Assembly: GCA_973895155.1 (NCBI GenBank)
Contig: OZ316896.1
Location: 3,224,001 to 3,288,000, forward strand
From: Marsupella aquatica
Taxonomy: Eukaryota > Plantae > Marchantiophyta
Length of the DNA: 64,000 nucleotides
Reading direction: 5' to 3'
Part shown: one piece after another, positions 23,661-37,909 of the stretch
How the letters are laid out: each line of letters begins with the position of its first letter
Numbering within the stretch: position 1 is the first letter of the stretch
Notes under the pieces: generated by a model
Databases searched by the model: none
Told to the model about the DNA's origin: nothing
The model's input: the letters and a program-made list of their open reading frames with translations, nothing else
Position numbers and translations under genes: made by a program

Positions 23661-25455
23661 CAGCTAGCTAGCTGCACCAGTAATGGGGAGACACACATTA
23701 ACTCAGGGCTAGCAAAGAAATTTTAGCAAAACATTAACTATTGAGGCATGCAAAAAAAATTAAAGGAATATTAATAGGCAAACCTGTTATCCCCTTGTCA
23801 TACTTATGTGTAAGGTGGGTTTGTGCGTGGACACTGTGTGCCAAACCTTGTGCGTGTGCATGAATAGTACTTAGATCATAAAGGAGACAAAAGAAGATTC
23901 AGACAGATACAAAGCTTATGGGACTAGCAACGTCAGGTCTTGGAGGACTTACAGAACTCAGGGGGCTTTACAAGACCGCTGGGACTGTTCCAATTTCTTG
24001 CCATTGATTTCTCCCAGATGTGATCCTAGTAGTGCATTTGTTGAGAACTGGCCGCACTTGACTTTACGAGACCGCGGGGGCCCATTTCCCATAAGAGAAT
24101 CCTGATCCTACATGGACATTAGTGGGGCCCATGTCCGGCCCATTTTTTGCAGACGTGCCATGGCCATTTGGGCAAAGTTTTAGACCACCTCCACGGGTGA
24201 TTTTTTTATTGTCCGTTTGGTCCATTGCTATTTTCAGCCTTCACATTAACTCTTACCCCACCAAAGCGACTATTGAGGCAATTCAGGAGGGCGCCCAATT
24301 TGCGACTTCAAATGTTTGATTCAATATTTCAAAAAACATGAATGCAATAAACCTATCCATAAACTCCCCTAACTAGGGATGACCCATGCAACTTAGGGTT
24401 CCAATGATGCACGGGACAAAAGATTGACTTCTAAAGTTTTTTGGTTCATCAAAGCTGCACGAAAATTGTGTGAAAGTTTCCCGGGACCAAAATTGATACT
24501 TTCAAAGTTTCAATAGTTTCTAAAATTGTGACCTCGGTTAACTAACCAGCATTAAACAGTGATGCATAGGTCTCTCGTGCCCCTGCCTACTTGTTCTTTG
24601 CTTATCAATTCCATTCTTTGCTTATTGATTCCTTCTTGCTTATTGATTCCATTCTTCAAGACTTCATATGCCAATCCCACGCCAATCTCACAATCTTTGT
24701 GTGCCATTTTGTATTTAGTCCCCTCCAAAATTCAGGGCGACGTCAGCCAATAGGGTCACCCAGGTAAGAAAAAGCAGGTGCGATCATTGCTGATCAGCCA
24801 GATCGATGGGACGAATAGCTTGCAGTCCCACCTGAAAAATTATTTGAAGAATTATGAGTTTCCCCATCCTCTGTTCACAAATTCATTGCAATCACAAGCC
24901 ATAAGCAAATCAAAGTATCAGCTTACTAGTGGTGCTCGAGAGATTTTGGACCTCTTCCACAGCCCTCACAACCACATACTCAAGTCAACATAATGTTTTC
25001 GTCACAGTTTGTCAAGCAAGAGTGTTCTCACTAGAGTAGTAAGATAGCAAGAACCACGACGTCATACTGTTAGCACAGCACAATTTACCTAGTCAAGCTT
25101 TCAGAGGGAGCCAAAAACAACACTTCAATTATTCCACTTTTACTTATGCATCTGCTTCTTTCCTCCTTGCTCTCCATCTATCTTTCACTCTTCCACCCAA
25201 TGCCAAATTGTGACAAGCTTCCGCAAATTTGCAATAATATGAAGGCGATCTGCAAAAGAGCAACAAAGGAGAAGAAGAGGAAGTGTCGGGATTGATGAAC
25301 AACAGAGCATAGCTTTGTTAGGATTTACTCTTAGGTCTAGAGTTACGATTGTACCGTAGTTAAGGCTAACCTTAGTCGCAGACTTAGTTAGGTTAGTCAT
25401 GCTGTGCACACTATATACCCAAGCGGTGTTTGCTTGGAGAAAGGGAACTCAGGCA

Positions 25456-28400
25456 TGTTGTCATGATAATTCAATTATTCATGATGAAGTCATTATCACT
25501 AAGAACATGGAGCCTTAAGGGATGAGTCCAAGGCCCGAATTCCTTTTTCAAGATTTTCATGATTTTTCCAAAAGTGCTTTAAAAAAACATATAAAAATGA
25601 AACATGTTTTGTGAACTTTGCTATTATAATTCTTTCAATGAAAATCTTGGGATATTTTCAACATCATTTTCATAATTACCAAAAACAACAAATCCATACT
25701 TAATTACAAACATAAAATTTACGGTCTTTGATCTGAGTTTGTGCAAACTCAAAATCTTAATTAGAATGCCACTATCCATTGTAGGTGTGCATCTAAGTCC
25801 ACTAAATCTCTAAATACAATGCAACTCAACTAATCTAAGGCTTCTCTAACCTCCTCTCCACTTCTAGAAGATCCTTGCTTCAATCCGAGCTAGCTCAATA
25901 GTTACATCTTCTGTTGCACCCTCTACTCTGGTGCGCTTCACGTCCTCCCCACTCTCTTGATCCATACCAATATTGAAATGTACATCGAGTTTGATTTGGG
26001 CAGCCACCTGGCTTCATGAAATCATGAAGCCGGGTTCTCACCTGAAAGAAGCTACCTGATCCTCCTAGCTCCCTCCAGTTAGTTCCCCCAAGCTCGATAG
26101 TTCTCTTTGCTTCTGCTCCCAATCCACCCACCTTGGACTCATTTTTGACCCAGACCAGGCCTGGTCAACCCTTAATCCTCCCTGGATCAATCTTGATTCC
26201 CGATCGGCCCTCCCCCGGTCCCTGATTAGTGAAACCCTTCCCCAATCCTAAACCCTCCCCCCTCGATCTTTTACCGCTCCCCCTCCAATGTTTGATCATC
26301 CCCTTGATGCTCGACTGCCCTCCTCCGGTGCTCCATCCCCCTCTGATGGTTGATCGTTCCCCTGACGGTCGATTGTCCACCCTCCTCCAATCCCTAAATG
26401 GCCCCCCTTCCAATCCCCTTCCAATCCCCTTCCAATCCTTATCAATCCCATTCCAATCTCCCTTGCTCCCTCTCCCATCCTCCACTCGCTCCCCCTTCAA
26501 TCCTTAGGTCTGCTCGATTGAGATCTAGCTCTCAAGCTCAATTTTCACAAATTATCCCTGATCCTTTGTGGCTATCTCCCCTAATTGGAATCTGTCTCAT
26601 TTAATCAGAGTCTACCACAGCTAATTCAAGCAGCAGTCAATCACAGTAGAAGCTCATTCAATAACCAAATCTGAGAAATCAAAGTCCAACACTCAGGTGA
26701 AATCCAGCAATCAAAGCATCAACATCAAACCAGGAATTCAAAATTTCAGCTTCAGGATTTTGAAGGCGACAGCAGAGATTAGCAGTCGTTAAATTAGGCC
26801 ATACCCAGACCATAAATTAGGCCTGACCTCAATCGGCAGCTGATGACAGCACCTTGATGCGACTTGAGCTTAAGTGAGGGGCAATAGCCCTCTCCAGGCC
26901 GCAGCCTCCTTTGCCATAGCCAATTGGCTACCCTAGCCCTTTGTAGGTCATTGAGCCTGCAACAGAGTCTTTGCCCTTTGTATTTTGTCACAACCAGTTT
27001 TGGGGTTCATGAATTCATGAAGCTTTTGGTTTCTCAGTTTCCCAGGTGGTAGCCCCTTCATGAATTCATGAAAGAGAATAAGGTATCTTAGGGAGAGAAT
27101 CTCCAGAATAGCCAAAAGAAAGACTTCAAAAGTGAAAGAAAAGGGGATAACGACAAACCACTCAATCTCAAGAAATGCAAAAAATATGGTGAAATAAAAG
27201 CAAAAAGTGCTCCAAATGCCAATATTCCAAAAAGCATATGGAAACAGTAGGTCAACAAGACAAACTCTCCAATCATGAGTCATGGAAGTACGTATCTTGG
27301 TGGGCAAAAACATATGGGTTTTTACTGGTGGGCAAAAACATATGGGTTTTTAATGCCAATGTTTATCCTCATGAAACGTGGGAATGCAAACCTAAAAATG
27401 ATTTATTTCTCCAAGTAAACTGGATTGCGTAGTCCAAACAATATTGTGAGATTAATAATTGAGCAATCTAGTAAAGGGAGGTATGGGGAAGGGAAAAGGC
27501 CCAAAGAAGCTCTAAGTTGCCCAACAAGCCAAAAAGTCAAAGGACTAGGATACCACCTAGTAGCCAAGAAGACTAATTAATAAAGTGTTGTGTCATAAAA
27601 AACTTTTGGAAATATAATTTTTTCAACTTTTTCCTTGACTTGTTCATCTATGTCATGAAAGGATTGGCTTAATTATTGAAAAATGATTTAAGCATTTCTT
27701 ATTCATTTAAATTAGAGAAAGGACCAATTAAGTTCAAATAGGCGTCCTCTATTCATGAAAACATGTTATTTCATTTGTTTCAAGTTAAAGGGTTTTTGCT
27801 CTTTTGTGTGTTTTGTCTACATTAAGTTCTTCTCACTCATTTGAGAGCACTAGCCTCCCCGGGCGTTAAGTTCTATCCCATGTGGTTGAGACTAGTGTTA
27901 ATTTGGGTGCCCGACTCAAGGGTCTTCAAGATAGTGGACAGTTGAGAAAGCGGACTCATGAATTCATGAAGACCGATTGTAACAAGTTTCTAAAAACACT
28001 AAGTCCTGTCTCAAAACCAGATTGTTGTGCATTTTGGAAAGGTCAAGCGTTGCAACAAGCACCAAGGGGAGAGAGTGAATATGGTCGTCTGACATCTCTC
28101 AAATTCCAGGAAGGTGTAAGAGCGCTGACACAAGCGGGGACACAAGAAGACCTACTGAGGCTGCAAATAATTCCGGCAAGGAAAGGATCATCACAAGAAG
28201 GTCACCCGGGCACACTTGCATCATTTGGCTGAGATTGGAAGCCAATCAATATCAAGAAATTAACTTGAAGGGGAAGAATAAGAATTTGGAAGAGGTCCCC
28301 AAGAAGAGGTTGGGGGAGCCCAGTTGGGTCAATATGTTTGTGAAATTCAGATGTTGCCTAACAAATCAAACTCAGGCATGTTGAGAGCCAGGTTGAGAGT

Positions 28401-30166
28401 AAAAGAGGAGCCATTGAGTGATCTGATTTGGATCAGAACGGGTACATCTGGAAGCGTAGGTGGTGAATTTGTGGAGATATCATCTTCCATTGAAAAGTCT
28501 TCCTCAAAGAGTGAAGGGGCGCATGTTGGAGAGTCAAAAAGAGATCATATTTTATGAATTTGAAAATTTCCCAAGTCTAATAAATTATGGAGGTAATTTG
28601 ATCATTTGTTAAAAATACAAATCATGTTTTGGTAAAAATTGCTAAAATGGCATAGTAAAATTATAGGTAGTAATTTTATCAAAAGTAAGTTGAGATCATT
28701 TTGTAATTAGGAGATGGTGAAAAAAGTGTGTCATTTTAATACTTTCAGTTTGTTTTATAATTTTGTCAAAAAACAGGTAGTATTTTTGGCCACTTTTTTG
28801 CCATTTTCTTTGTTTCTGCAATTTTTTTACGAGAGTGCTTAGAGTTTGGGCTTGTTACTCACCCTTTAAGGCTTCTTGTTTAAGTATATTATTTAGTATA
28901 TAGGTTGGGTTTATATTTTGTTACGGGGTAACTAAATAGTTTGACTATTACTTATGTGCATGCAAGGTAAGCAACTATGCAAACCACAAGATGCATGCAT
29001 AAATTGTTTTATTTGCATGCATTAGTTTTTGTTTTATGTGCATGCAAGGTGAACAAATGTGCAAGCCACAAGGTGCATGCACAAATTATTTTAGATGCAT
29101 GTAAATTATTTTATTTGCATGCATTAGTTATTTTATGTGCATGCAAGGTGAGCAAATATGCAAGCCACAAGGCGCATGCACAAATTGTTTTAGATACATG
29201 CAAATTATTTTATTTGCATGCATTAGTTATTTTATGCACATGCAAGGTGAGCAAATGTGCAAGCCACAAGGTGCATGCATGCACAAATTATTTTAGGTGC
29301 ATGCATTAATTGTTTTACTTGCATGCATTATTTGTTTTGATTGCAATAGTACTAGCACACATTACTACGTTGGATGTGTGCCACTTGGCTTTCATCCAAG
29401 CGTTTGGGCGTAATCCATGCCCTCTTGGATTCAATATAAACAAAGTGGTGAGTGACACTCTCTCCTCATTCCCACATTTTGATAATTTTCGCGTCAAAGC
29501 GATCCTCTTTTCCTTTCTCATCTAGTAGTGGGGCATCATTTGGCCCAGATAGCAAAGGAATGAGTGGTAAACTTATAGATGGGACCTTAAGGAACAAGGT
29601 CTCTTTGGGAACTTAGGGGTGGGGCATCCTTTGGCCCGGATAGCAAAGAAACAAGAGAGAGTCATTATGAATCCAGGAGGGAGAGATATCCCTAATCTTC
29701 CCCTTCGTAACTCACTTTTGGTTAGAGTCCATCTTTTAGATAAGCCACTCATGAGGCAATATTTAACTTATCACAATGAAGCTCAATTTACAGCTGTTGT
29801 TATGAGTTCTAATGAGCCAATAGTATACCCAATAGTATCTTACCGAGAGGAGTGGGAGTGCATTATCTTTATCCTTTATGAAGTCATGAATCTAAATAGA
29901 AGTCCAGATGAAATTCCTATTTCATTTTCTCTTGGAGATATTAGGATTGTATGTCGTAGAAAAATTAGTTTCCGAGATGTGTTGATCTGTAAGTATGGTG
30001 AAATAGGATTTAATAGTATATTAGTTTCACCTGAACCTTTCTTAATACCCACCACCCTTCTTACAAGAGTTATCATTTTGGTTTTAGTGTAGAACTTATG
30101 GGCATGCAAGGTTAACTTCATAAGAGCCAACATGCTCTTACCAGAAAACACGGTCACCCGGACAAC
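25456..30166. mobile_element. Large non-coding insertion, probably a long solo LTR
   Basis: Interrupts the copia LTR. Termini TGTTGTC..GACAAC with an imperfect TSD. No convincing coding domains. Confidence 0.6.
28955..29330. repeat. Tandem repeat, ~99-bp unit, about 4 copies, TGCATGCA-rich
   Basis: CATGCAAGGT recurs at 28959, 29041, 29140 and 29239. Confidence 0.9.
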
Positions 30167-31057
30167 GCTCATTGTTACGAAGCTAGTTGAGAGATAGAGA
30201 GAGCTTGCGCTGTGGATGCTTGGTATGGCCGGTTGGCCTAGAGTGCAGTAAAGCTCATGTCTGTTCTCGTGGACATAGCCTCATGTGGAGGTGAACCACG
30301 TATCTCTCTGTGTTAACTCTTGTGCGTTGGATGGTTGATGGTCTTGCCGTTGCGATTGTTGTCTATGCTCAACAAGCTTTTGCTGTTTGGTGAGAGCGCT
30401 TGTGATTGCGCATTGGAATAAATTGAGTGTCATCAGTTCTCAATGAACTCATGAAATTATCCTCAATGGCAGGGAGGCAAAAGATTCCAGAACGTACTTG
30501 AGATTCTATGCACAACATTTGGACAAGTATTGTTTAATTTTGATTACATGATAATAGTGTAAGGTGTAACATAACTATGGTGTAAATTTTGTCAAAAGGT
30601 TCAAACTCATATGTAAAGACGTGATGTGTTTACGGCTAGTGGACCTCCAAAAGGTTTTTGAAAGTTTTGGTTCAAAGTTGCACCAAATGACTCTTGAAAG
30701 TAAACTTCAGTATAAGGATAGGTTTAATGTCCACCCAAATGTCCACAACAAGATCTTTATGTTCTTTAGCAACATAAGAGTGTAGCAGTAGTGCACATTG
30801 CACATCTCACTCTGCTTACACAGATTTCATTAAATTATCAGTCACGGGATTAGTCATGATAAACCAATCGTTTTTCAGGAATGGCAAGAAAGGCTACAAA
30901 AGCAACAACTGGAAGTTGACTCCAATTTTGTTCAAGATTCACAACTGATTTCTAGCTATAAGGGGGGAGATTCATTCAAATGAATGCACTTTTGTCCCAA
31001 CCTCCATTGGTCATGTCCAATGAAGAATTCCAACACTGCCTCCATGAACCCTCCCCC

Positions 31058-32929
31058 TGTTAGACTCTACCTTGACCGGATGACCGGATCAACCGGTCAT
31101 CCCGGCACCACCATATGTACCATTACCGAGACTATACTGAGACCATTGTTATCACCATCAAACACGTTATCAGCACGAGAAGCAACCAGCGGAGCTGAGA
31201 AGAAAGAGACTCCAATTCTAGTGAATGATTGGCAATTGCGGGAGAGAACACACGTCTGCAGCGAAATCAATGTTTGAGTTAGGGGGGCCCTAAATTTCTA
31301 CGTCTAGAATTGGTTTTGAGAAGTTGAGCAATGTTTCAAACCCGGCTCCATTGTTCAAGTGGAACCAGATGGTGATCGATCATGCACGAATACCAAAGTT
31401 TGTACAAACAAGAGATTCTCGCTCGTGGATTATCAAGCAACGATCAAAGACGAATCAAGCAATTGACAGGAACATGAGCGAAAGGATGCCGCTGCCGAAA
31501 AAGTGAAGCATATATCGTTAAGGTTTGATTGGTAACTCGGATGGAGAGGAATCCATAAGAGAGCAAAGCAGGAAGAATCGAGAAGAAAGAAGGAGCGTGT
31601 GACCCCGATGGTAACCGATAGCTAACGCGAGCCAATTCAAAGTAATGAGAGGAGAAAAGAAAAGAGGCCCATCTCGGAATCGAATTAGACTGCAGCAAGA
31701 AACGAATTGACCTTTTTTTTTAAAGATCGGGAAAGAAGGAGATCGGGAACGCAGGAGATCGGGAACGAAGGACTTAAAGAGCATTTACCATAAGGAGACC
31801 GAAAAGAGGGACCGGAGAATCGATTTCCCCAATTTCGATCGCCCCCATTCTGTACTTGGCCGAGTATAATGGAATGAACACAATGTGAAGTAATCCAACA
31901 AGAGAAGAGACGAAAGCGATAAGGCCACAAGGCGAGTAAGAACGCGAGGAGAAAAAGGGAAGAAAGGAGACTTGATTCCAAAAAGGAACCCGAGGAAGAT
32001 CGGGAGCAAAGGAAAGAAGGGCAACCCGACACAGGAATGAGATTTAGAAGGGAGGCCACCACGAACCAGAAGCACGAACGAGGGAGAAAGCACAACCTGA
32101 AGACCACAAAACTTTGAGGAAGACCTTATGGCAGATTGAGGAAGCCAGAAGAAGACGAGATTTTAAGGAGAGCACCAACCAGGCGCAAGGAGGCATACAA
32201 ATCTCGCAACATCAAGGCTCAAAACAACGAAGAAATGTCGAACCCGAATAAAAACCGCTAAGTGCACGCCTCATAACTGCAACATAACCGCAAAACCTCC
32301 ATACGTGCATTCCGTAACAAAGGGAATTTACTTTACCAAGCCAAATTTGCACATAACCAATGCAAGAGTAAACATAAACCATAACTGCAACCCTAAGTGC
32401 ACAAGTGGATAACTGCACAGTTTAACAAAGAAAAAAGCATCTACAAAGGAAAATTTGCAGTTAAACAAATACCAGGAAAACCCTAACCATTAGTGCAAAC
32501 CCTAAAAAGGAATTTTGGATTTGCATGCGTTCTCCACCCAGCTCCACCTTGCATGCCGCATAAATGTGCTTTGTCATTCCTTACTATACTTACTAGTATA
32601 TAAACCCCAACCACACTTAAAAGGAATCCAGCCATCAACCCGATGACCAACCTCGAGAAACTCAACTTTCCAGCCCTTGACATCGATGGTAGTAACTACC
32701 TAGAATGGTCAATGAATCTTAGAGAGAACCTTACATCGCTAACCCTACTCGGGCAGCGATAGGAATGGCCCAACCTATCCTTGCCGGCGAACCTCAACCA
32801 GATCCACTAACAAAAGCCAACGAATCTAAAGCCCTAGTATTCCTGAGACGCCACATCCATAGGTTCCTCCAGCGACAATACATGCACCTTTCGACCCCTC
32901 GGGAACTATGGACAGCCCTGCATGTTAGG
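31058..32929 (+). mobile_element. 3'-truncated Ty1/copia (Bianca-like): short LTR, PBS, leader, gag fragment
   Basis: TGTTAG..AAACA (31058-31164) followed by CGTTATCAGCACGA (PBS). Gag from ATG 32643: MTNLEKLNFPALDIDGSNYLEW..KALVFLRRHIH..QYMHLSTPRELWTALHVR. Confidence 0.8.
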
Positions 32930-35783
32930 ACAGAACCTGCAAGCAAATTAAATACCTGGTCAGGGCACAAGAAAAAGAGAGCTGCCAAGGCCGCCCCAAC
33001 AAAGAAACCGAAGAAGGCTCAGAAGATTGTGCAGTTGAGTGATGAAGAAGGCAATGGGGAAGATGGAAACTCAGTGAGTAGATGGGCAGACACAAAAGTG
33101 AGCCAGGTCCCTAATATTGTTTTGCTCAAAAATGGATGAGGAGTTTTCAACGAATGCAAAGAAACAAGGTGAGGTTCTCTTCCTAAAATTTCAAATTAAT
33201 TTCTTGTCAGAATTCATCACATGTATAGGTCCATGAAAGTGCATTCTCAAGTATTCGCACTTGTATTTTTTAATACCTTGTCAGTGAACGTGCATTCTCA
33301 AGACTTATTCTCACTTGTATTTTTTTTATAACTTGATTTCTCCCGCTTACACAGGTGTACACATGTGGGAGAAACTACAAGAGAAAATGATTGCTGCTTG
33401 TGATGGATTCAACATGTCAGCTGAGGCAATCAGGTAGAAATGGAAAACCATTTACAAAAATTATTGCACTGACAAACGTATCCTTAGCATATCAGGCGAG
33501 AGATGAAGGATCACCTGTACATTTTTGACGAAATTGATCAAGGCTTCAACAACCGGGCCAACATGCAAAAATTGTGTCATGGAGATGCTTGTGTGTCACC
33601 TACTTATCAAACAAATTTACATGACAAATACCTATTTCCTCCTACTAAAATTGTTTGTTATCGTATGACGGGAACGTGGAGGGACGCTATTCGGATTCCA
33701 TTGCATGTAGGATGAGTATGTTATTTCCGCTCTCGGAAATGTAATTTTTGATCAAGTCTATCGACTAGCCTCTCTGCTTTTGATCAAGTCCCATGGACTA
33801 CGCCACACACCCTTCTGCTGGTCGTTGGTGGAGGCTCTCACCACCTCTCCTACTCACATGGTTGACCAATCCGTGCAAGGATTCCTTAGACACTTCTTGG
33901 GGAAAGAACACAATCGTGAAACAGAAAAGATAACGTCACACCAAAACTTCAAGAATCAAACCAAATCCATATCTTTTGGTAAAAAATCATAACACATTGC
34001 AAGGACAACCCGACCTCCTGCCATTTGCCCAACTCCTGCCTCATTGGGACAAGTGCTACACCTCTACCTCACTACTTTGGCTTGATTCCCTCCTTTGGCT
34101 ATGAGATAACTTCCCTAAGCAAACACTAGACCGAGTTCCCCCCCTACTCCGGGGCTCTCCCCCTAAATACTGAAAAAACACACCAAAGCAACCCTTACGG
34201 GGTCACAACGATGGTGGCTACCCTAGTGGCGCTGCAAAAAAAAACCTTCCACAAGGAATCCCTAACCTAAATCATGCGGCACACACATGCTCCTAACACC
34301 CTCATCTAACTATGGGACCGTCGGTGCCTTCGACAATGCCAACCACACTTGGTAGTCACGGGGAAGTGAGGGGGCCATTCAAGGTCGAAACCCTCAACCT
34401 GAACTACTCCCCTGAGGGGGGCCCTGGATAGCTCTACTCCTCCTGATCACGAATCCGTAAACGGACTCCGGACGACCAAGTTACGGATGTTTGAATCCGT
34501 AATACGCCCGAGCTCATAACTTCTTCATCTTGACTCCGTTCTGGGCGTGCCACACCTTGCCGGAATCAGCTCCTCGAGCTCCTTCCAACAAGCCCGTGAT
34601 TCCCCTCATCCAAGGTGTTGCATAATTCAAAATCCGTACGACCAACGTCCGTACGCCTCACTAGTCTTCCCCCGACTCACTCACGGAACTGGGACTCCAC
34701 CCCCGGGAATCCTCACTCCCGGCGCCCTCCACTGATGTGGGTGTAACACCTACTGTTCTCCTTGTCGGGGGAGTCCTTCCCCGGGCCTGGCCAGAGGCTC
34801 CCCGTCTCCCGATCAAGAACCACTCTCATTTCCCAGAAGTCACCCAATGCTGCCACTGTTGCTATCGTCACAAGATCTCAATCAAATTTCATAGCTCTCC
34901 AAGCCAAGCGCCAAGGGAATACTTCAAAAAAAGAAAAGAAAAAAAGGGGGAGATATGTCGAGAGCTTTCCGCAACGAGGTGTGGGAAAGAAAATGCATTT
35001 GCTTTCGGCACTTGGGTGAGTTACTCCCGGCTTGCGGCCTCCTCCTTGCGCCTACCACCCCACTCGTGGGAGCTTTTACTCCTGCTTGCCTTCTCCTGCC
35101 AGGGCTCGCTACTTCCGGGGCTCGCTACTCTCCGACTGACTCCACCTGGCGCCCCACGGCTCGCGGGCTCCTCCTCCCCGACTGACTCCGCCATATTACA
35201 CCGGGGCCAAGAAAAACTGTCGGGGTCTCCAAATATTAATTGGTGGTATCCCCTTAAGATGCCTAATTTTCTTCTCCCACAACGACAAGACCCAAGAGAG
35301 CAAAGGGTCAATTAAAAAAATAGTTCCTCCCGGGTTCAAATAGCTCCGGCCCTCCAGAGCAACATGAACACACACCGGGATGATTAACTTTTAAGAAATT
35401 AAAATAATTGAAAAACTCTTGTGTATATTGGCTTATTTATTTACATGCATCTTGCCAATAACACCTAATGGTGACTTTTTGAGACGGGGACCCCGTCACA
35501 TCGTGGGACTCCCAATCCATGCCCCCTTCACTTGAATGAGCCAGGAGAAGGACAAGGGTCTACTGAAGGTGGGATTGGACCTGGTTCAGATCAAGGTAGT
35601 AATCCTGCTAACACTACCCCTTCGTCCACAAAATCATCCAAAAAAAGCAATTCAGATATGTATAGTATGTACATGAGTGAGATGGTGACCAACACCTCTA
35701 GCATGGCACAAGACATTCATGAGACCATTGGTGTTCTCAACGAGCTCAAATCCAAAATTTCAAGGCTCATTGACAAACTGTAA
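32930..35783 (+). pseudogene. Harbinger Myb/SANT (trihelix-like) DNA-binding gene, interrupted
   Basis: SRWADTKV..MDEEFSTNAKKQG, intron, MWEKLQEKM..SAEAIR*KWKTIYKNY..FDEID..HGDA|SWDS..coiled-coil tail ELKSKISRLIDKL. Contains stops and frameshifts. The N-terminal part probably lies at ~30870-31057. Confidence 0.7.
33594..35500. mobile_element. Solo LTR (1.9 kb) inserted in the Harbinger Myb gene
   Basis: TGTCAC..GTCACA termini. TSD TTGTG/TCGTG (one C>T). Removal restores GDA-SWDS. Confidence 0.82.
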
Positions 35784-36672
35784 ATGTGGCTGCAGATGAG
35801 TGGGCGATAAGGCTATGCTTTGTCCCTCAACCTTTTGTTATAGAAGTGAGCTACGATGGTGTCCCCCTATCTAGAATATTTTAAATGTTATAAACGGCCC
35901 ACTGAGTTGTACTATCCTTCCAAATTGCTTAACGTACAGGTTTCATTCTACGGATAAGTGCATGAGTTCCTTGAAGTTGGCCTTCAATATCAAAAAGCTT
36001 GACTCCCGGAAGCTATCACATTTTGGATCAATTATGGTAGTTGTATCATTCATTTTTGTTGTAGAATTGCACAATGTGTACAGATTGGGTGAGAATTTAC
36101 TCATCTTTGTTCTAAACTATATTTGAATTTGAATTTCATGTTTGAATGATTTTTCCTTGTCAATTTTGACTTGCCGAATCAGTGATTTTCAGAACTGCGT
36201 TTTGCTTTTCACATGTGTAACTCGGGGTATAACTATCAGCAAAATTCATTCAAGCAAACTTAATTGTCTACTTAAATTGCAATAGCAAAGCCTAGGCAAA
36301 ATCAACCCATAGCCCAGAAATTGTTTTCAATTCCAACTTAGACTATCTTGGAGAATAGATTGCTTGTGTCAATTTCAACTTTAAGAATTGGAGCTCATCC
36401 GGGAGCTCATCAAGGGACTGCATTTTGTCGTCTCAATTTTGACTTTGAGAATGGGAGCCTTTCAGGACTGCGTTTTGCTTTCTAATTTCAGCTTTCAGTG
36501 ATTGTTGCTGTGAACTTTGAGTGAGATTGAATACTTTGCACAATTTCATTTTGACTATTCATTGTTGTGTACTGAAAGAAGAAGATTGCATAAATCGAGT
36601 ACTAGAAAAAGTCAGCATTTATGTCGGACAAAAATTTCCAGTTCACAGACAGCTAGCCTAACAACAATGGCT

Positions 36673-37909
36673 TCAATAGATGTAGGGCATTGACCTAACA
36701 GAATTACTAGAATCATTCTTCAGCATCGCTTGGAGAATTTGTGTCATCATCAATGACACCTTCAGGCAATTCAACCTGTTCATGCAAGTGTCGGTGAAAC
36801 AATCTCTTGGCCAGCTCCACATGCATTGAATGTGACCCTGCTCTTCAAAGCTTGAACAAAGATAAATTTCATTTGTGAGTTTAATCACAACATTGTCATT
36901 GTCATCTGCTAATCCAGCTGTATGTATGAATTCTTCCATATCAATTGTAGCTCTATTCACCTCAACCTGTGCATAAGCAAACATTTTCATGGTCCCAGCC
37001 TGTCTTAAATCCCCAAAATTGCAAGACATTGCTCCTGCAACCACAGTTTTGCATCTGATACGAGCTACTCGTCTCCAGAATCCTTGTGCATAATACATAA
37101 TTTATGCAGACATATAATGCTCTGACAACGTCAACAACATGATCGGTCTTCATTTCTATGCGTCTCAATACAATTTGCCACTTGCCTTTCAAAATGGAAT
37201 ATACATACAAGTTTGGATGAGATATGCAGCATCACCTATGAGTTTATATAGACAGAAATCTCCCCTGGCTACTAGTTTTCCTTCCCATCACTGAGTTTAC
37301 AAATACGGCGTAGTCATGTAGAGAACCTGCCCATCCGAAGTCATAATCCCAAAATGTTGTTTCAGTGTCCACAATACCTTGCAAGAGAACAGAATAAAAC
37401 CCCTTTCTGTTATATATGGAAAGGTGCCGGATCCCCCTCAGGGGCCATGATGGGAATGTGAGAGCCATCTATGGCTTCCATAATAAAAGGCAACCCATAC
37501 TTATCCTCAAACTGGGCTGCTAAAATTTTCAGGATTCTTAAGTCCATTTTGGAACCGCAAGTGGACAAATGTATTTCAACACGGCTTGACAGAATTGTCT
37601 CACAACAATACATGCCAAGCTTTCGCTCATTCTGAATAGGTCAGCACATCCAAGCCAGTAGTTACCTGTACATAGTCTGTTCAATGATAAAGCAACCCTC
37701 TTTTCCAATGAAATTTCTCCACCCTTTTTTGACTTCTGCATGTCTTGGGCAACTAGAGAACAGAGGTAAAAAATTGTGGAAGGTTTGACTCGTAACCTTC
37801 TTGCGAACTCTTTCTCAGTATGGGAAGTCAACAATGTTCTATCCACAAATGGAGATTCACGGTCCAACCTCCAAATGGATCTCTCACGTCCGTCTTTTCT
37901 GTGTCCCAT
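36673..37909 (-). pseudogene. PIF/Harbinger DDE transposase (DDE_Tnp_4/HARBI1-like)
   Basis: FARRLRVKPSTIFYLC, ISLEKRVALSLNRLCTG, AIDGSHIPI, YNRKGFYSVLLQGIVD, GWAGSLHD, LIGDAAY, ILKGKW. Multiple frameshifts; the segment with the third catalytic residue appears deleted. Confidence 0.9.

Larger units (their letters stand above)
25316..30374 (+). mobile_element. Solo LTR of the same family, split by a 4.7-kb insertion
   Basis: Starts TGTTAGG (25316) and ends CTCAACA (30374). TSD AGCTT at 25311-25315 and 30375-30379. The halves 25316-25455 and 30167-30374 align to the 23314-23660 copy. Confidence 0.9.

Noticed and set aside
28977-29309. 110-aa repetitive ORF; the array also superficially resembles CRISPR
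   Set aside because: It is a by-product of a 99-bp tandem repeat. There are no unique spacers and no cas genes, and the context is eukaryotic.
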